The notes under the pieces are model-generated. The model worked only from the letters and a program-made list of their open reading frames with translations. It had not been told where the DNA came from and ran no database searches. From NCBI GenBank assembly GCA_938034875.1, contig CALHND010000005.1, positions 160,385 to 224,384 of the forward strand: a stretch of DNA of 64,000 nt. Reading direction: 5' to 3'. The DNA is from an uncultured Clostridia bacterium (GTDB taxonomy: Bacteria > Bacillota > Clostridia > Oscillospirales > Acutalibacteraceae). This document shows positions 48,273 to 58,094 of the stretch, in pieces. The stretch's first letter is position 1, and each line of letters opens with the position of its first letter. Both the position numbers and the translations under genes were made by a program.

Positions 48273-49664
48273 TCATTTTATTTGGCCTAATACATCCTCA
48301 ATATTCGCAACAATTCCATAATCGGCATACTCAAATAACGTCGCATCTTTGTCAGGGTTTATAGCGATAACCGTGCCCGACTGTTGCATACCGACAATAT
48401 GGTGAACCGCTCCCGATACGCCTATTGCAATATATACCGGCGGACTTACTGTTTTCCCGGTAAGTCCCACCTGTAAGCTATACGGCAGGATATTGTTATC
48501 AACTGATTTTCTCGTGGTTGACATATTGGCACCAATTTGATCAGCAAATGCCTTAATTTTTTCAAGACTATCTTTAGCACCCCAACCTGCCGCAACAACA
48601 ATATCTCCGCTGTTTTGAGTTGTTCTTACGGTTGCCATCGCAGGTATGGTAACACTTTCTATTTTTGCAATTATACTGCCCGAAAGCGCAGGACGGTACA
48701 TATACAAAGATTTTCCGTCGGTTTCGAGCAATGTGCAGTCTGCACAAAGACCTAATCCGAGTTTAGCGGCAACCTGCGCCGATAATTTTTTAGAGAGAGC
48801 ATCGCTACCCCAAAGCACAGCGTTTGGTTTAAACTCGGTTATTTTTTCGGCCAACTCATCCGCATTGCCAATAGGCAACACGGTTATATCATCGCTTATT
48901 GTCTCGGCAAAACTTCGCGGAGTCTCTCCAACTATACATACTTTGGAAAGCTTTGTATCTGAGCTGTTTAAAACCTCAACCTTTTCTCTGTCTTTTTTAA
49001 GTCCCGCGTCGATAGCATTTTGCAGTTCGGAAAATGAAATGAACTTGCATTTTCTTTTGCCCGATTCGTTATTAAAGGTTTTTAAAACCCTTGTAGGCGA
49101 GCCTTTAAGACCACATTTTTCCTCTTCTGCGCCAATATCGCAAGCATTCCAAACCTCTACCTCACCTATTTTTGAAAAAATACTTGGTAGTCTTAAATTA
49201 TTTATTCTTTCTATGGTAAGTAGTGCCGGCAGTGTAACTGTTTGGTTGCCCATATCTCGTGTGGTGCAGCTAACGCTCTCACCTATTTCATTAATACTCA
49301 TAACATTGGTTATAAGACTTGTGTTTGCCATTACTGAAAGCATAATTCCAGTCTGTGCGGTATCTCCGACAAGGGTCTGTCTTCCGCAGAAAATAAGATC
49401 AGGTTTTATTTTTTTTACCGCCAAAGACAAGGCATATGCGGTAGCAATCGTATCCGCACCCGCAAAGGCCTTATCTGATAAAAGTATAGCATTTTTAGCA
49501 CCAAGGCGGGTCAATTTCAAAAGAAAATCCTTTACAGTTAGCGGACCCATGCTAATAATTACAACCTCGGCATTTTTTATTTTTAAAGCCGCCTCGTACG
49601 CGCAGGCATCAAATAGATTAATTTCACCGTCAATTCCCTGACGAATACAAACAAGTATTTTCAT
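48273..49664 (-). CDS. fused electron transfer flavoprotein beta-alpha (EtfB-EtfA single polypeptide)
   Basis: The N-terminal ~200 aa are EtfB-like (KILVCIRQG ... PDLIFCGRQ ... GLKGSPT). The C-terminal ~260 aa are EtfA-like with the FAD-binding region PPVYIAIGVSGAVHHIVGMQQSGTVIAINPDKDA. Confidence 0.75.
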   Translation of the reverse strand: MKILVCIRQGIDGEINLFDACAYEAALKIKNAEVVIISMGPLTVKDFLLKLTRLGAKNAILLSDKAFAGADTIATAYALSLAVKKIKPDLIFCGRQTLVGDTAQTGIMLSVMANTSLITNVMSINEIGESVSCTTRDMGNQTVTLPALLTIERINNLRLPSIFSKIGEVEVWNACDIGAEEEKCGLKGSPTRVLKTFNNESGKRKCKFISFSELQNAIDAGLKKDREKVEVLNSSDTKLSKVCIVGETPRSFAETISDDITVLPIGNADELAEKITEFKPNAVLWGSDALSKKLSAQVAAKLGLGLCADCTLLETDGKSLYMYRPALSGSIIAKIESVTIPAMATVRTTQNSGDIVVAAGWGAKDSLEKIKAFADQIGANMSTTRKSVDNNILPYSLQVGLTGKTVSPPVYIAIGVSGAVHHIVGMQQSGTVIAINPDKDATLFEYADYGIVANIEDVLGQIK

Positions 49665-49665
49665 A

Positions 49666-51135
49666 TTATCTCTCACTGTATATAGGTGCTAATGCATCGT
49701 GTATCTTCTTATAAACTTCGAATACCTTACGATATTTAGGTGTATTTTCGGGGTTTGGATATGTGATATCAGCCTGTTTCACACACTTTAGAACTGCGTC
49801 TTCCGCATCCTTAAATACTCCTGACGCAATACCTGCAAGCATAGCCGAACCAAAAGAAGAGTCACTGCTTTCGGTAGTTTTAAGAGCAATACCTAAAGTA
49901 TCGGCAATCATTTGACGCCAAAGTTTACCCTTTGTACCACCACCGATGGAGGTTGCCACCGAATTATAAGGTATATTAAGACTATCAAGGTAAATCTTAC
50001 TGTCAAGTAAAGAATATGCCACGCCCTCTAAAACAGCCCTTGTAAAATGCGCCTTAGTGTGGGTAGCACGAACGCCAGTAAAACTTCCGCAAAGCATTGG
50101 GTCGGCATAAGGAGTTAATTCGCCATTTAAATATGGATGAAAAATCATACCATCACATCCAATAGGAAGTTTAGCAGCTTCGTCATCAAGTACTTTGTAA
50201 TCTCCTCCGAAGGTATCTCTATACCAACGATAGGATGATGCGCAAGATTTTGTAGCAGTACCCGGATACCAAAGTCCCTCTGCAATATGGGAATAGTTCA
50301 CCAAATGTCTATCAGGATAAGGCTTATCTGTAATAACACAAATTCTACCTGCTGTTGCAAGTTTTACCGTTACATCACCTTTTTTAACTGCACCACTTGC
50401 GAAAACCTCCATAACAGTATCAGTTGTACCGCAAACAACAGGTGTGCCAACCTTTAAGTTTGTGGCTTTTGCCGCTTTTTCGGTTACATTACCAATAATA
50501 TCAGTAGGCTTTACAATGGGCGGAAGCATATCTGGTGTTATGCTCGCAAGAGCACAAAGTTCACTATCCCACTGCATTTTATTGCAATCAAACAGCATAC
50601 TGCCCTCTGCTTCAATAAAATCAGTGCAGAAAACATCTGTTAAAAAGTAACGAACATAATCCTTTTCAAAAAATATGTAGCTTACCTGTTCAAACATTTG
50701 GGGTTCGTTCGCCTTAAGCCATATAAGTTGAGGAAGGGTCCAGATAGTATCAGGCTTATGAAATGTTATTTTAAATATGTCTTCTCCTAATTTTTCTCTT
50801 AACTTATCCGCTTCAGCTCGGCTTCTTGTATCGGTCCAATGAATAGCGTTTCTGAGCGGTTTAAAATTTTTATCACATACAATAGATGTGTGTGTGGCAG
50901 AGTCAAGTGCGACAGCCAAAATATCCCCTGCATCTATACCGCTTTTAGAAAGCAACGACTTACTGTTTTCGCAAAGAGCTTCAATCCAATGTTGAGGGTT
51001 TTGCTCGCAGGCGCCGTTTTCAGGATAAAGCGTTGGATATTCTACAGTATTTTCAGCAATAATACTGCCGTTTGTATCAATAAGCGTTGCCTTTGAAGCT
51101 CCGCCGCCAAAATCTATGCCTAAAAGGTATTTCAT
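49666..51135 (-). CDS. FGGY family carbohydrate kinase
   Basis: N-terminal LGIDFGGGASKATL and C-terminal GGG motif (ATSIGGGTKGKLWRQMIADTLG); 489 aa. Confidence 0.8.
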   Translation of the reverse strand: MKYLLGIDFGGGASKATLIDTNGSIIAENTVEYPTLYPENGACEQNPQHWIEALCENSKSLLSKSGIDAGDILAVALDSATHTSIVCDKNFKPLRNAIHWTDTRSRAEADKLREKLGEDIFKITFHKPDTIWTLPQLIWLKANEPQMFEQVSYIFFEKDYVRYFLTDVFCTDFIEAEGSMLFDCNKMQWDSELCALASITPDMLPPIVKPTDIIGNVTEKAAKATNLKVGTPVVCGTTDTVMEVFASGAVKKGDVTVKLATAGRICVITDKPYPDRHLVNYSHIAEGLWYPGTATKSCASSYRWYRDTFGGDYKVLDDEAAKLPIGCDGMIFHPYLNGELTPYADPMLCGSFTGVRATHTKAHFTRAVLEGVAYSLLDSKIYLDSLNIPYNSVATSIGGGTKGKLWRQMIADTLGIALKTTESSDSSFGSAMLAGIASGVFKDAEDAVLKCVKQADITYPNPENTPKYRKVFEVYKKIHDALAPIYSER

Positions 51136-51408
51136 TTTAAATATCCCTTTCTAAAATAAATATAGAAAACATAATCGAAATTGTTATAAACATTAAATTT
51201 CATATTAAGCCATAAAGATAAGCAATACAAGCATCTGATTTATTTAGAACGCAGAACACCCACTCGGTTTCGTTGTAATCGAGACTTTTAAGCTCTGCAC
51301 CAATCTTAATAATTATTGCTGTTATAAATTTGATTTTATTGTAATTATAATACTACCTATTTTAGCACAATAGAGATATGCAAAAAAGCATATCTCTATT
51401 TTTATTTT

Positions 51409-52215
51409 TTATCTGTGTACTATCCAGTCGTGTTCGGGGTCGTTACTGCGGTTAAAGCCCTGATAATCGCCCGCCATAATCCATAAGAAATAGCTATTAT
51501 AACCGGGGGTGGCAACAGTGGTGTGGTAACCGTATGGGAATTCAACCAATTCGTCATTCTTAACTCTGTAAGCCTCATCAATTTTGCCGTCTGCGGTATA
51601 AAGGCACTGCACAGCAAAACCCTGCTTGGGGTCAAACAGGAAGTAGTAAATTTCTTCTGCGATACACTCGGTAGGCATTTTGTCCTCATCATGTTTATGG
51701 GGCGGGAAACCTGCCCAGTTACCTTCGGTACAAAAGCACTCACCAATAGTAAGTACTTTAGCGTTAGAATTTCCATCAATAAGGAAACTGGTCTCTCTTT
51801 CAAAAGGCTGCGTACCCAAAACCTTTAATACAGCATGGTCTTCACGAAGAACTTGAGGCTCGGTCTTCTCTGAAACAGGAGTACCGCATACAGCAATCTT
51901 AATATGGTCAATTGCCTCTATTACCAATTCTTGCTCGCGGGGCATATAAAAACTTTCAGCCTTACGGTTTTCAAAGACCGACATTCTTGTACCTACATTT
52001 TTGTAGGTTTCGTCGTTTACATCTACATTGCAATGACCTTCGAGCATAATAAATGCAAATTCCTTGTCCTCAGTATAAAACGATAATTTCTGTCCTGCAT
52101 CAAGTTCGATTATACCAAACTCAAGTTTTTTCAAAGAACATTCACCTATTTTGCATACAGGAGTATATCCGTTTGTAGGTACATAAGTCTTTTTATAATT
52201 ATAACTCATAACCAT
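51409..52215 (-). CDS. iolB: 5-deoxy-glucuronate isomerase
   Basis: Strong similarity to Bacillus IolB: NVGTRMSVFENRKA, EGNWAGFPPHKHDEDKMPTE, NDPEHDWIVHR. 268 aa. Confidence 0.8.
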   Translation of the reverse strand: MVMSYNYKKTYVPTNGYTPVCKIGECSLKKLEFGIIELDAGQKLSFYTEDKEFAFIMLEGHCNVDVNDETYKNVGTRMSVFENRKAESFYMPREQELVIEAIDHIKIAVCGTPVSEKTEPQVLREDHAVLKVLGTQPFERETSFLIDGNSNAKVLTIGECFCTEGNWAGFPPHKHDEDKMPTECIAEEIYYFLFDPKQGFAVQCLYTADGKIDEAYRVKNDELVEFPYGYHTTVATPGYNSYFLWIMAGDYQGFNRSNDPEHDWIVHR

Positions 52216-53110
52216 TCTCCTTTAAGAATTTCTTAGTAGTATCAAAATCGGGTGCACTTTCACGAGCGCCAACACCGGTACACTTAAGTCCTGATACCGC
52301 ACTTGAGAAATGACAGCATTTAAGGTAATCATAACCCTTTACAACCGCTGCCGCAAATGCGCCGTGAAACACATCGCCCGAACCATTCGAATCTACAACA
52401 ACAACAGGATAAATTGGGTACGAGGTGGTTTCCTTGCCGTCATAAATGATGCCGCCTTTTTTACCTTGTGTTATTACAACAACTTCAGGATTATAGGTTT
52501 CATATAATTTTTTAGCCGCTTCTTCAACAGTTTTGCAACCCGTATGACCAAGCGAAAACTCCTCGGACGGAATCATAATATCAGTGAGAGCCAACAATCT
52601 CTCAACGCCCTCATAAAGTCCGCCGCAGTCATAAAGTACCTTTGTGCCATTTTCCCTTGCGATTTTAGCACCGTCAACAGCAGCATTCATTTCGTTGCCG
52701 TCAACCATAAGTATCTCGGCATCGCGAATAGCCTGCTTTCCAGCATCGTTCAGCTCTAAAGGCGGCAAATTGCCCTTATCAAAAACGCAGGTACGGCTTG
52801 TGCTGTCTGCACAAAGCCAAAGCACCGATGCAAAGGAACGATAACCTGATTTTACATCAATGTACTTTGTTTCAACGCCGTATTTTTCAAGATCCTCTTT
52901 AAGAAATTTACCGCCGTTATCGTCAGATAAAACACCGATATATGCAGTATCCTCACCTAACTTTTGAGCCGCTACAAGTCCGGTAGCAGTAGGGCCGCCG
53001 CCAGCAGTTTTGCTGGCGGTGGCTCTCATTTTTGTATCTTCAGTTGGGTAAGTAGGAATATTGTAAAGGGTATCAAAAACATTAGCACCTATTCCAACTA
53101 TTTTAACCAT
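52199..53110 (-). CDS. PfkB family sugar kinase (IolC/KdgK-like)
   Basis: Ribokinase-family motifs (GGGPTATG ... DSNGSGDVFHGAFAAA). Start at MVKIVGIG. Confidence 0.75.
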   Translation of the reverse strand: MVKIVGIGANVFDTLYNIPTYPTEDTKMRATASKTAGGGPTATGLVAAQKLGEDTAYIGVLSDDNGGKFLKEDLEKYGVETKYIDVKSGYRSFASVLWLCADSTSRTCVFDKGNLPPLELNDAGKQAIRDAEILMVDGNEMNAAVDGAKIARENGTKVLYDCGGLYEGVERLLALTDIMIPSEEFSLGHTGCKTVEEAAKKLYETYNPEVVVITQGKKGGIIYDGKETTSYPIYPVVVVDSNGSGDVFHGAFAAAVVKGYDYLKCCHFSSAVSGLKCTGVGARESAPDFDTTKKFLKENGYEL

Positions 53111-53114
53111 ATTT

Positions 53115-53954
53115 TTATGCCTTTCCGTCTGCACCGACCAACTCAATTCTTGAAATACAGAAATCCCTAACGGCCTCAATAGGCGCTTTCATAAAGTTAT
53201 CAATAGCAATTGCTCTATCAGGTTTTTTTAGTTCTTCAAAACAGCAATCAAGAAAAGCATAGCAAATATCGGTTGCAAAATTCATTTTGCGAATACCCGC
53301 CTTAACTGCCTTTTTGATTTCCTCATCAGGGACACCCGAACCACCATGCAAAACAAGGGCGGTATTATCGGTAGCCTTTCTAATAGCCTCAATTCGCTCA
53401 ATATCAAGTTTGGGGGGCTTGGAATACTTGCCGTGAGCGGTGCCTACAGCAACAGCCAGACAAGCAACGCCTGTTTCTTCTACAAATTTCTTTGCATCCT
53501 CAGAAGTTGTAAACTCGTCCATATTGGTATCGGCAGTTGTTCCTACGTGACCTAATTCACCCTCAACCTGAACATCCACAAACTTGCAGGTCTCAACAAC
53601 ACGCTTTGTAAGAGCAATGTTCTCCTCAAAGGGGAGTGTTGAACCGTCAAGCATGATGCCTGTAGCACCGTAACGCAAGGAACGGGTTGTTTCAAGCTCG
53701 GAAGGACCGTGGTCGAGATGGAAGCAGACCGGAACACTTGCTCTTTTTGCAGCAGCAAGAATAACGGGAGATAAATAATATCCCGTTTCTTCCTTCATAA
53801 GTCGCGGGTAAACCTGCATAATGATAGGAGCTTTTTTCTCCTCGGCAGCTTTTATAACACCCATTGCGCTTTCCATGTTATATACATTAAAAGCAGGGAT
53901 ACAAAAGCTACCCTTTTCGGCTAAATCAAGTACATATTTTAAGTTGACTAACAT
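53115..53954 (-). CDS. class II fructose-bisphosphate aldolase family protein (IolJ/GatY-like)
   Basis: IPAFNVYNME ... FHLDHG ... ALVLHGGSG; 279 aa. Confidence 0.8.
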   Translation of the reverse strand: MLVNLKYVLDLAEKGSFCIPAFNVYNMESAMGVIKAAEEKKAPIIMQVYPRLMKEETGYYLSPVILAAAKRASVPVCFHLDHGPSELETTRSLRYGATGIMLDGSTLPFEENIALTKRVVETCKFVDVQVEGELGHVGTTADTNMDEFTTSEDAKKFVEETGVACLAVAVGTAHGKYSKPPKLDIERIEAIRKATDNTALVLHGGSGVPDEEIKKAVKAGIRKMNFATDICYAFLDCCFEELKKPDRAIAIDNFMKAPIEAVRDFCISRIELVGADGKA

Positions 53955-53956
53955 AA

Positions 53957-55042
53957 TTATTCACCTAAAATCAAATCTTCGATTGAGATGATTTCAATAT
54001 CTTCAGCCACAGCCTTGAGTGATACATACTCACCAACACAAGCTGTTACTATTGTGTTTGCACCGATGCTCTTTGCATTAAAAATTCTTCTCTTTGCAAC
54101 AAGCTTTACAACCTCGGGCATATACTGTGCCATCAGGATATTACCTGCCCAAACGGTTTCTGCACGATTGAGAAGCATTTCGCCGAGCACAGCATAAGAC
54201 ATAATGATTTCTCTTGCCTCTTCGGTTTCCTCAAGGTCACGGGAAAGCTGATAAGGATCCTGGAAAACAACATCCTTGTAGCTGTTTTCAGCCTTTAACT
54301 TTCCATCCTTAATAAGAGCGGCAACAAAGGAAGTATATGTAACAACATTTGCATTTACTTCGATGCCATACTCTTTATATAGCTGCTTTATAGCCTTTGC
54401 ATCGTTGGGGTCGTAAACCACAACGGTCTTAAACTCGCCCAAGGTCTTTGCGCAAGCTTCCATTTGAGCCTTTGTTTCGTTAGCTGCGCCGATAAGGAAA
54501 TCAAGCTGAACGCCGCTTGCAGGTTCGTTTTCCAAAACTGTGAATTCTATGCCTGCCTTATCAAGCACCTTTATTGCCTTTTCAGCCTGCTCGCAAGCCA
54601 TGAATTTAGCATCTGCACCCAAGAAAATAAGAGTATCCTTTTTATCGGCATGAGCTTTGATAGCATCGCCCAAGCAAGAGCAGGTTGCAGTTTTGCCGTA
54701 AGCATTGCCTGTTTCAATGCAGTTAGCAACTAATGTATTTATATATTCGGGAAGTTTGCCCTCTAATGCTGCTTGTAATCTGGTTTCCTTAGTAAACATT
54801 ACAGGGTCCCAACCGGTTACACAGTCATGTACGCAAGCGCCGCAGGTGCAGCACTCGTAAATATTATCCATGATTTCCTCGAGTTCCATTGCCTCGCGGT
54901 TTACAAGAGAAATACCAAGTGCTCTTGCTCTTGCTGTATTTCTTTCCTGACCTGTTGCATTACCAATAGGACAAATATGATGGCACATCCAGCAAAAACG
55001 GCAGGAATCAACATGTTGTTTACATTTATTTGACATTATCAT
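53957..55042 (-). CDS. (Fe-S)-binding protein with CCG domains (GlcF/LutA-like)
   Basis: Two ferredoxin-type cysteine clusters (CRFCWMCHHICP and CCTCGACVHDC) followed by Cys-rich CCG-like regions. Confidence 0.7.
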   Translation of the reverse strand: MIMSNKCKQHVDSCRFCWMCHHICPIGNATGQERNTARARALGISLVNREAMELEEIMDNIYECCTCGACVHDCVTGWDPVMFTKETRLQAALEGKLPEYINTLVANCIETGNAYGKTATCSCLGDAIKAHADKKDTLIFLGADAKFMACEQAEKAIKVLDKAGIEFTVLENEPASGVQLDFLIGAANETKAQMEACAKTLGEFKTVVVYDPNDAKAIKQLYKEYGIEVNANVVTYTSFVAALIKDGKLKAENSYKDVVFQDPYQLSRDLEETEEAREIIMSYAVLGEMLLNRAETVWAGNILMAQYMPEVVKLVAKRRIFNAKSIGANTIVTACVGEYVSLKAVAEDIEIISIEDLILGE

Positions 55043-55062
55043 TGTTCTTTACCCCCTATCAA

Positions 55063-56499
55063 TTAAAGACCAAGTTTGAACGGATTCATGATACCGTTGG
55101 GGTCAAGTGTCTTCTTAAGATTTTCAAATACCTGCATTGCAGGGCCGTACTGTTCTTTCATAAGTCTACCAAGTTTAATACCAACACCGTGGTGGTCATT
55201 TACAACACCGCCGTGGGCAAGTGCTGTTCTAACACCGCAAGTCCAGATAGCCTGATGAAGCCTCAGAGCCTCAACCGGATCCTCGGGCACATCCTTACCA
55301 TCAACTATAAAACGGTCATAAATCATCGCTCCCCACTCATACCAGTGTGAGAAGTGAGCAATAAACTTAGCCTGTGGGAAGTTGGTTTCTATAGCTTCTT
55401 TCATAGCCCAGTAGATTTCTTCAATCTTACCGTAAGGAGCAATTGTATCCATAGTACCAAAGCACTGCGGAATATCCATCATATGACCCGGATAGAAGAA
55501 TGTAATCTTTTCCTTCCACCATTTCTCACCATACTCAGAACCTAAGTCCTCAGCACCATATTTAGCAAATGTTTCAAGCAGAATTTTCTCCTCAACATCA
55601 ACCATCTCTTTAACGCCTTCGTAAGCGATGTTCATAAATGCACCCTTACGCTCAACGCCTACTATTTTCTTAATAAGAGAAGCTGTTTCTGCCTCGTCAT
55701 AAAGACGCATAACAGATGGCTTGAATTTCTGTAAAAGTTCGCGTGAAGCCTTAAAAGCAGCTTCCAAATCCTGAAACAGGAAACCGCGGAAGCGTCTGTC
55801 TTCAGGCTGGTCGTATATTCGAATTTGTGCCTTTGTTATAACACCAAGTGTTCCCTCAGAACCGATGAAAATCTGGTTAAGGTCAGGACCTGCAGCGTGC
55901 TTGGGAGCAGAGCAGGTTTCAATGATATCACCATTAGGAAGAACTATCTCCATTTTGAGCACCATATCATCAATTTTACCGTACTTGGTGGAAACAACAC
56001 CGATACCTCTGTGTGCCAAGAAGCCGCCAACAGTGGAGCAAGTAAGCGAAGATGGATAGTGCATTGTAGCCTTACCAACCTCATTTGCCGCCCACTCGAT
56101 ATGCTTATAAATAGCGCCTGTACCGCATTCGATATACATACCCTCTGTGTTAACTTCGTAAATTTTGTTCATTCTTTTGGTGTCAAGAATAATACCACCA
56201 CAAACAGGGATGGCGCCGCCTTGTGTACCGCCGCCGGCACCCCAGGTAGTAACGGGCAATTTGTAGTAGTTAGCAATTTTAACAACCTTTGAAACCTCTT
56301 GTGCATTTTCCGGACAAACAACATACTGTGCCTCGGGCATATGGCAACCACGGTCTGCCCACATACGGGACAGCCAATAATAGTCAACGCTATGTGTTAC
56401 CTTGTCAATCGCTCTTGTTGAACAATTTTCTTTTCCTACTGCATCTTCAAGCTCGGTCAAGATCATTGCAAACAAAAAATCATTCATTTGATACTGCAT
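55063..56499 (-). CDS. FAD-binding oxidoreductase (GlcD / FAD-linked oxidase family)
   Basis: FAD-binding PCMH-type N-terminal domain (VVCPENAQEVSKVVKIANYYKLPVTTWGAGGGTQGG) and the C-terminal FAD-oxidase_C region ending HGVGIKLGRLM. 478 aa. Confidence 0.75.
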   Translation of the reverse strand: MQYQMNDFLFAMILTELEDAVGKENCSTRAIDKVTHSVDYYWLSRMWADRGCHMPEAQYVVCPENAQEVSKVVKIANYYKLPVTTWGAGGGTQGGAIPVCGGIILDTKRMNKIYEVNTEGMYIECGTGAIYKHIEWAANEVGKATMHYPSSLTCSTVGGFLAHRGIGVVSTKYGKIDDMVLKMEIVLPNGDIIETCSAPKHAAGPDLNQIFIGSEGTLGVITKAQIRIYDQPEDRRFRGFLFQDLEAAFKASRELLQKFKPSVMRLYDEAETASLIKKIVGVERKGAFMNIAYEGVKEMVDVEEKILLETFAKYGAEDLGSEYGEKWWKEKITFFYPGHMMDIPQCFGTMDTIAPYGKIEEIYWAMKEAIETNFPQAKFIAHFSHWYEWGAMIYDRFIVDGKDVPEDPVEALRLHQAIWTCGVRTALAHGGVVNDHHGVGIKLGRLMKEQYGPAMQVFENLKKTLDPNGIMNPFKLGL

Positions 56500-56529
56500 T
56501 TCAATTTATCCTTTTACTCAATTTTTTTA

Positions 56530-57933
56530 TTATTTAATGGTTTCATCAACCTTAAGGTTGGGAAAGTATTTGCAAAACTCTTTTATTTCTTTTCTATAGT
56601 CACCCTGAATTTCAACAAAGTGGTGTATATACGGACCATCTATAAGCCTATCTTCTACGGCTGGTAAATCTTTAAATTCACCCCATAAATATGTACCATG
56701 TGTCTGCGGACCTTCGGTAGTATTGCAAACAAGGGGAAGAATCATGTAATTTCCGCTTTCTTGATCTATACGAGCAACGGTATAAATTCCGTCTTTGGCT
56801 CTAAGCCATGCTCGCTGATTTACAAGACGAGCTTTTGTTCCCTCTGCTTTTTCACTTACGGGGAAAGGTCCGCAATGCCAGAGAAGTTCGGCATTTTTAT
56901 TTTCAGGATGACGGACAGTAAACTCACCGAAAAGTGGTCTTCCCTCACCTAATGTAGCACACTTAAGAAGGGCCATAGTCATAGCACAATGCATATCGCT
57001 TTCACATGCAACCATATATCCCATTTCGTTAAGCAAACCATACAGCGCACAAGGAGCAAGGCCGTTAAACATAACTGGGACAGCCGTCCAACATTCTGCC
57101 GAAATAACATCAAGATTGAATTCTTCAAACAGATGCTTATACATAGCTGTCATAGTAGCCATTGGCTTTATGTATTTTGGCGTTAAATCGTCAAGTTCAT
57201 AGTGGGTCAAGAAATACTGCTCATACTCGGCAATCTCATCCGCATAATCGATTTCGGCAGTTTTCATTCTCTGCTCAATAATAGCAAAGTTGATCGGAAT
57301 TATACGAACGCCGAATTTTTCCATTAATTCGCCTTCATTCCAAATAACCGAGAAGAAAGGAGCAGGTCGAGCACCGACCTGACCGATGCGCATACCTTTA
57401 AAGTTTTTCACCATACAAGTAACTCTTACGAAGCTTTCAAAGCCCTCTCTGAATTCAGTACTTTCAACTCTGCAGCAAGGCAGATGAGAGAACGGAATGT
57501 GGTATCTTTGCATTTGACGTGATACTCCGAAAAGTCCACACTGCGAGTCTGTAGGACGCATACCGTCAACATAATACTCATCATCAAGCGGTGCCCACAA
57601 CAGTACAGGTTTACCCAGAGCCTGAGCAATATCGGCAGCAGCCTCTTCATTACCAAAGTTGCAGTTAATAATCATAACTGCATCAACTTTCTCATTTTTA
57701 AAGCGCTCTATAACCTCTTTAGCAGAAGCATCGTCAAAAACAAGATCCTCGATACCAATCCCCTTATTATCAACAAAGCTTACTTTATCGTTTGCAAAGT
57801 TCTCCTCAATGTAATCCACAAATCTTTTGCCGCGCTGTTCCGCAGAATACCATGTAAGAAATGTGCCCCTGGGACGATCGGTAGTGTTACGTCGCATTGC
57901 AACAAGACCGATTTTCACATTGTAATCAAACAT
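56530..57933 (-). CDS. L-fucose/L-arabinose isomerase family protein (short FucI-like)
   Basis: 467-aa cytoplasmic protein with the three-domain aldose-ketose isomerase pattern (KIGLVAM ... VISAECWTA ... MVACESDMHCAMTMALLK). First gene of the operon. Confidence 0.55.
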   Translation of the reverse strand: MFDYNVKIGLVAMRRNTTDRPRGTFLTWYSAEQRGKRFVDYIEENFANDKVSFVDNKGIGIEDLVFDDASAKEVIERFKNEKVDAVMIINCNFGNEEAAADIAQALGKPVLLWAPLDDEYYVDGMRPTDSQCGLFGVSRQMQRYHIPFSHLPCCRVESTEFREGFESFVRVTCMVKNFKGMRIGQVGARPAPFFSVIWNEGELMEKFGVRIIPINFAIIEQRMKTAEIDYADEIAEYEQYFLTHYELDDLTPKYIKPMATMTAMYKHLFEEFNLDVISAECWTAVPVMFNGLAPCALYGLLNEMGYMVACESDMHCAMTMALLKCATLGEGRPLFGEFTVRHPENKNAELLWHCGPFPVSEKAEGTKARLVNQRAWLRAKDGIYTVARIDQESGNYMILPLVCNTTEGPQTHGTYLWGEFKDLPAVEDRLIDGPYIHHFVEIQGDYRKEIKEFCKYFPNLKVDETIK

Positions 57934-58094
57934 TTACACACCCCTTTTGAATATTTTTATATAATTTATATATATAAAATATACCAAAATCAAACACCTT
58001 CCGCAATAGGTTTCCGAAAAATAATTTCATTTTCTTGCTTTTTTTCAAGAATTATGTTAAAATAATGAAAATAATTTTCATATAGAGGTTGCTA

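Noticed and set aside
48646-49641. 331-aa plus-strand ORF
   Set aside because: It is antisense to the fused EtfBA gene. It has no motifs and a Ser/Ala/Leu-rich antisense composition.
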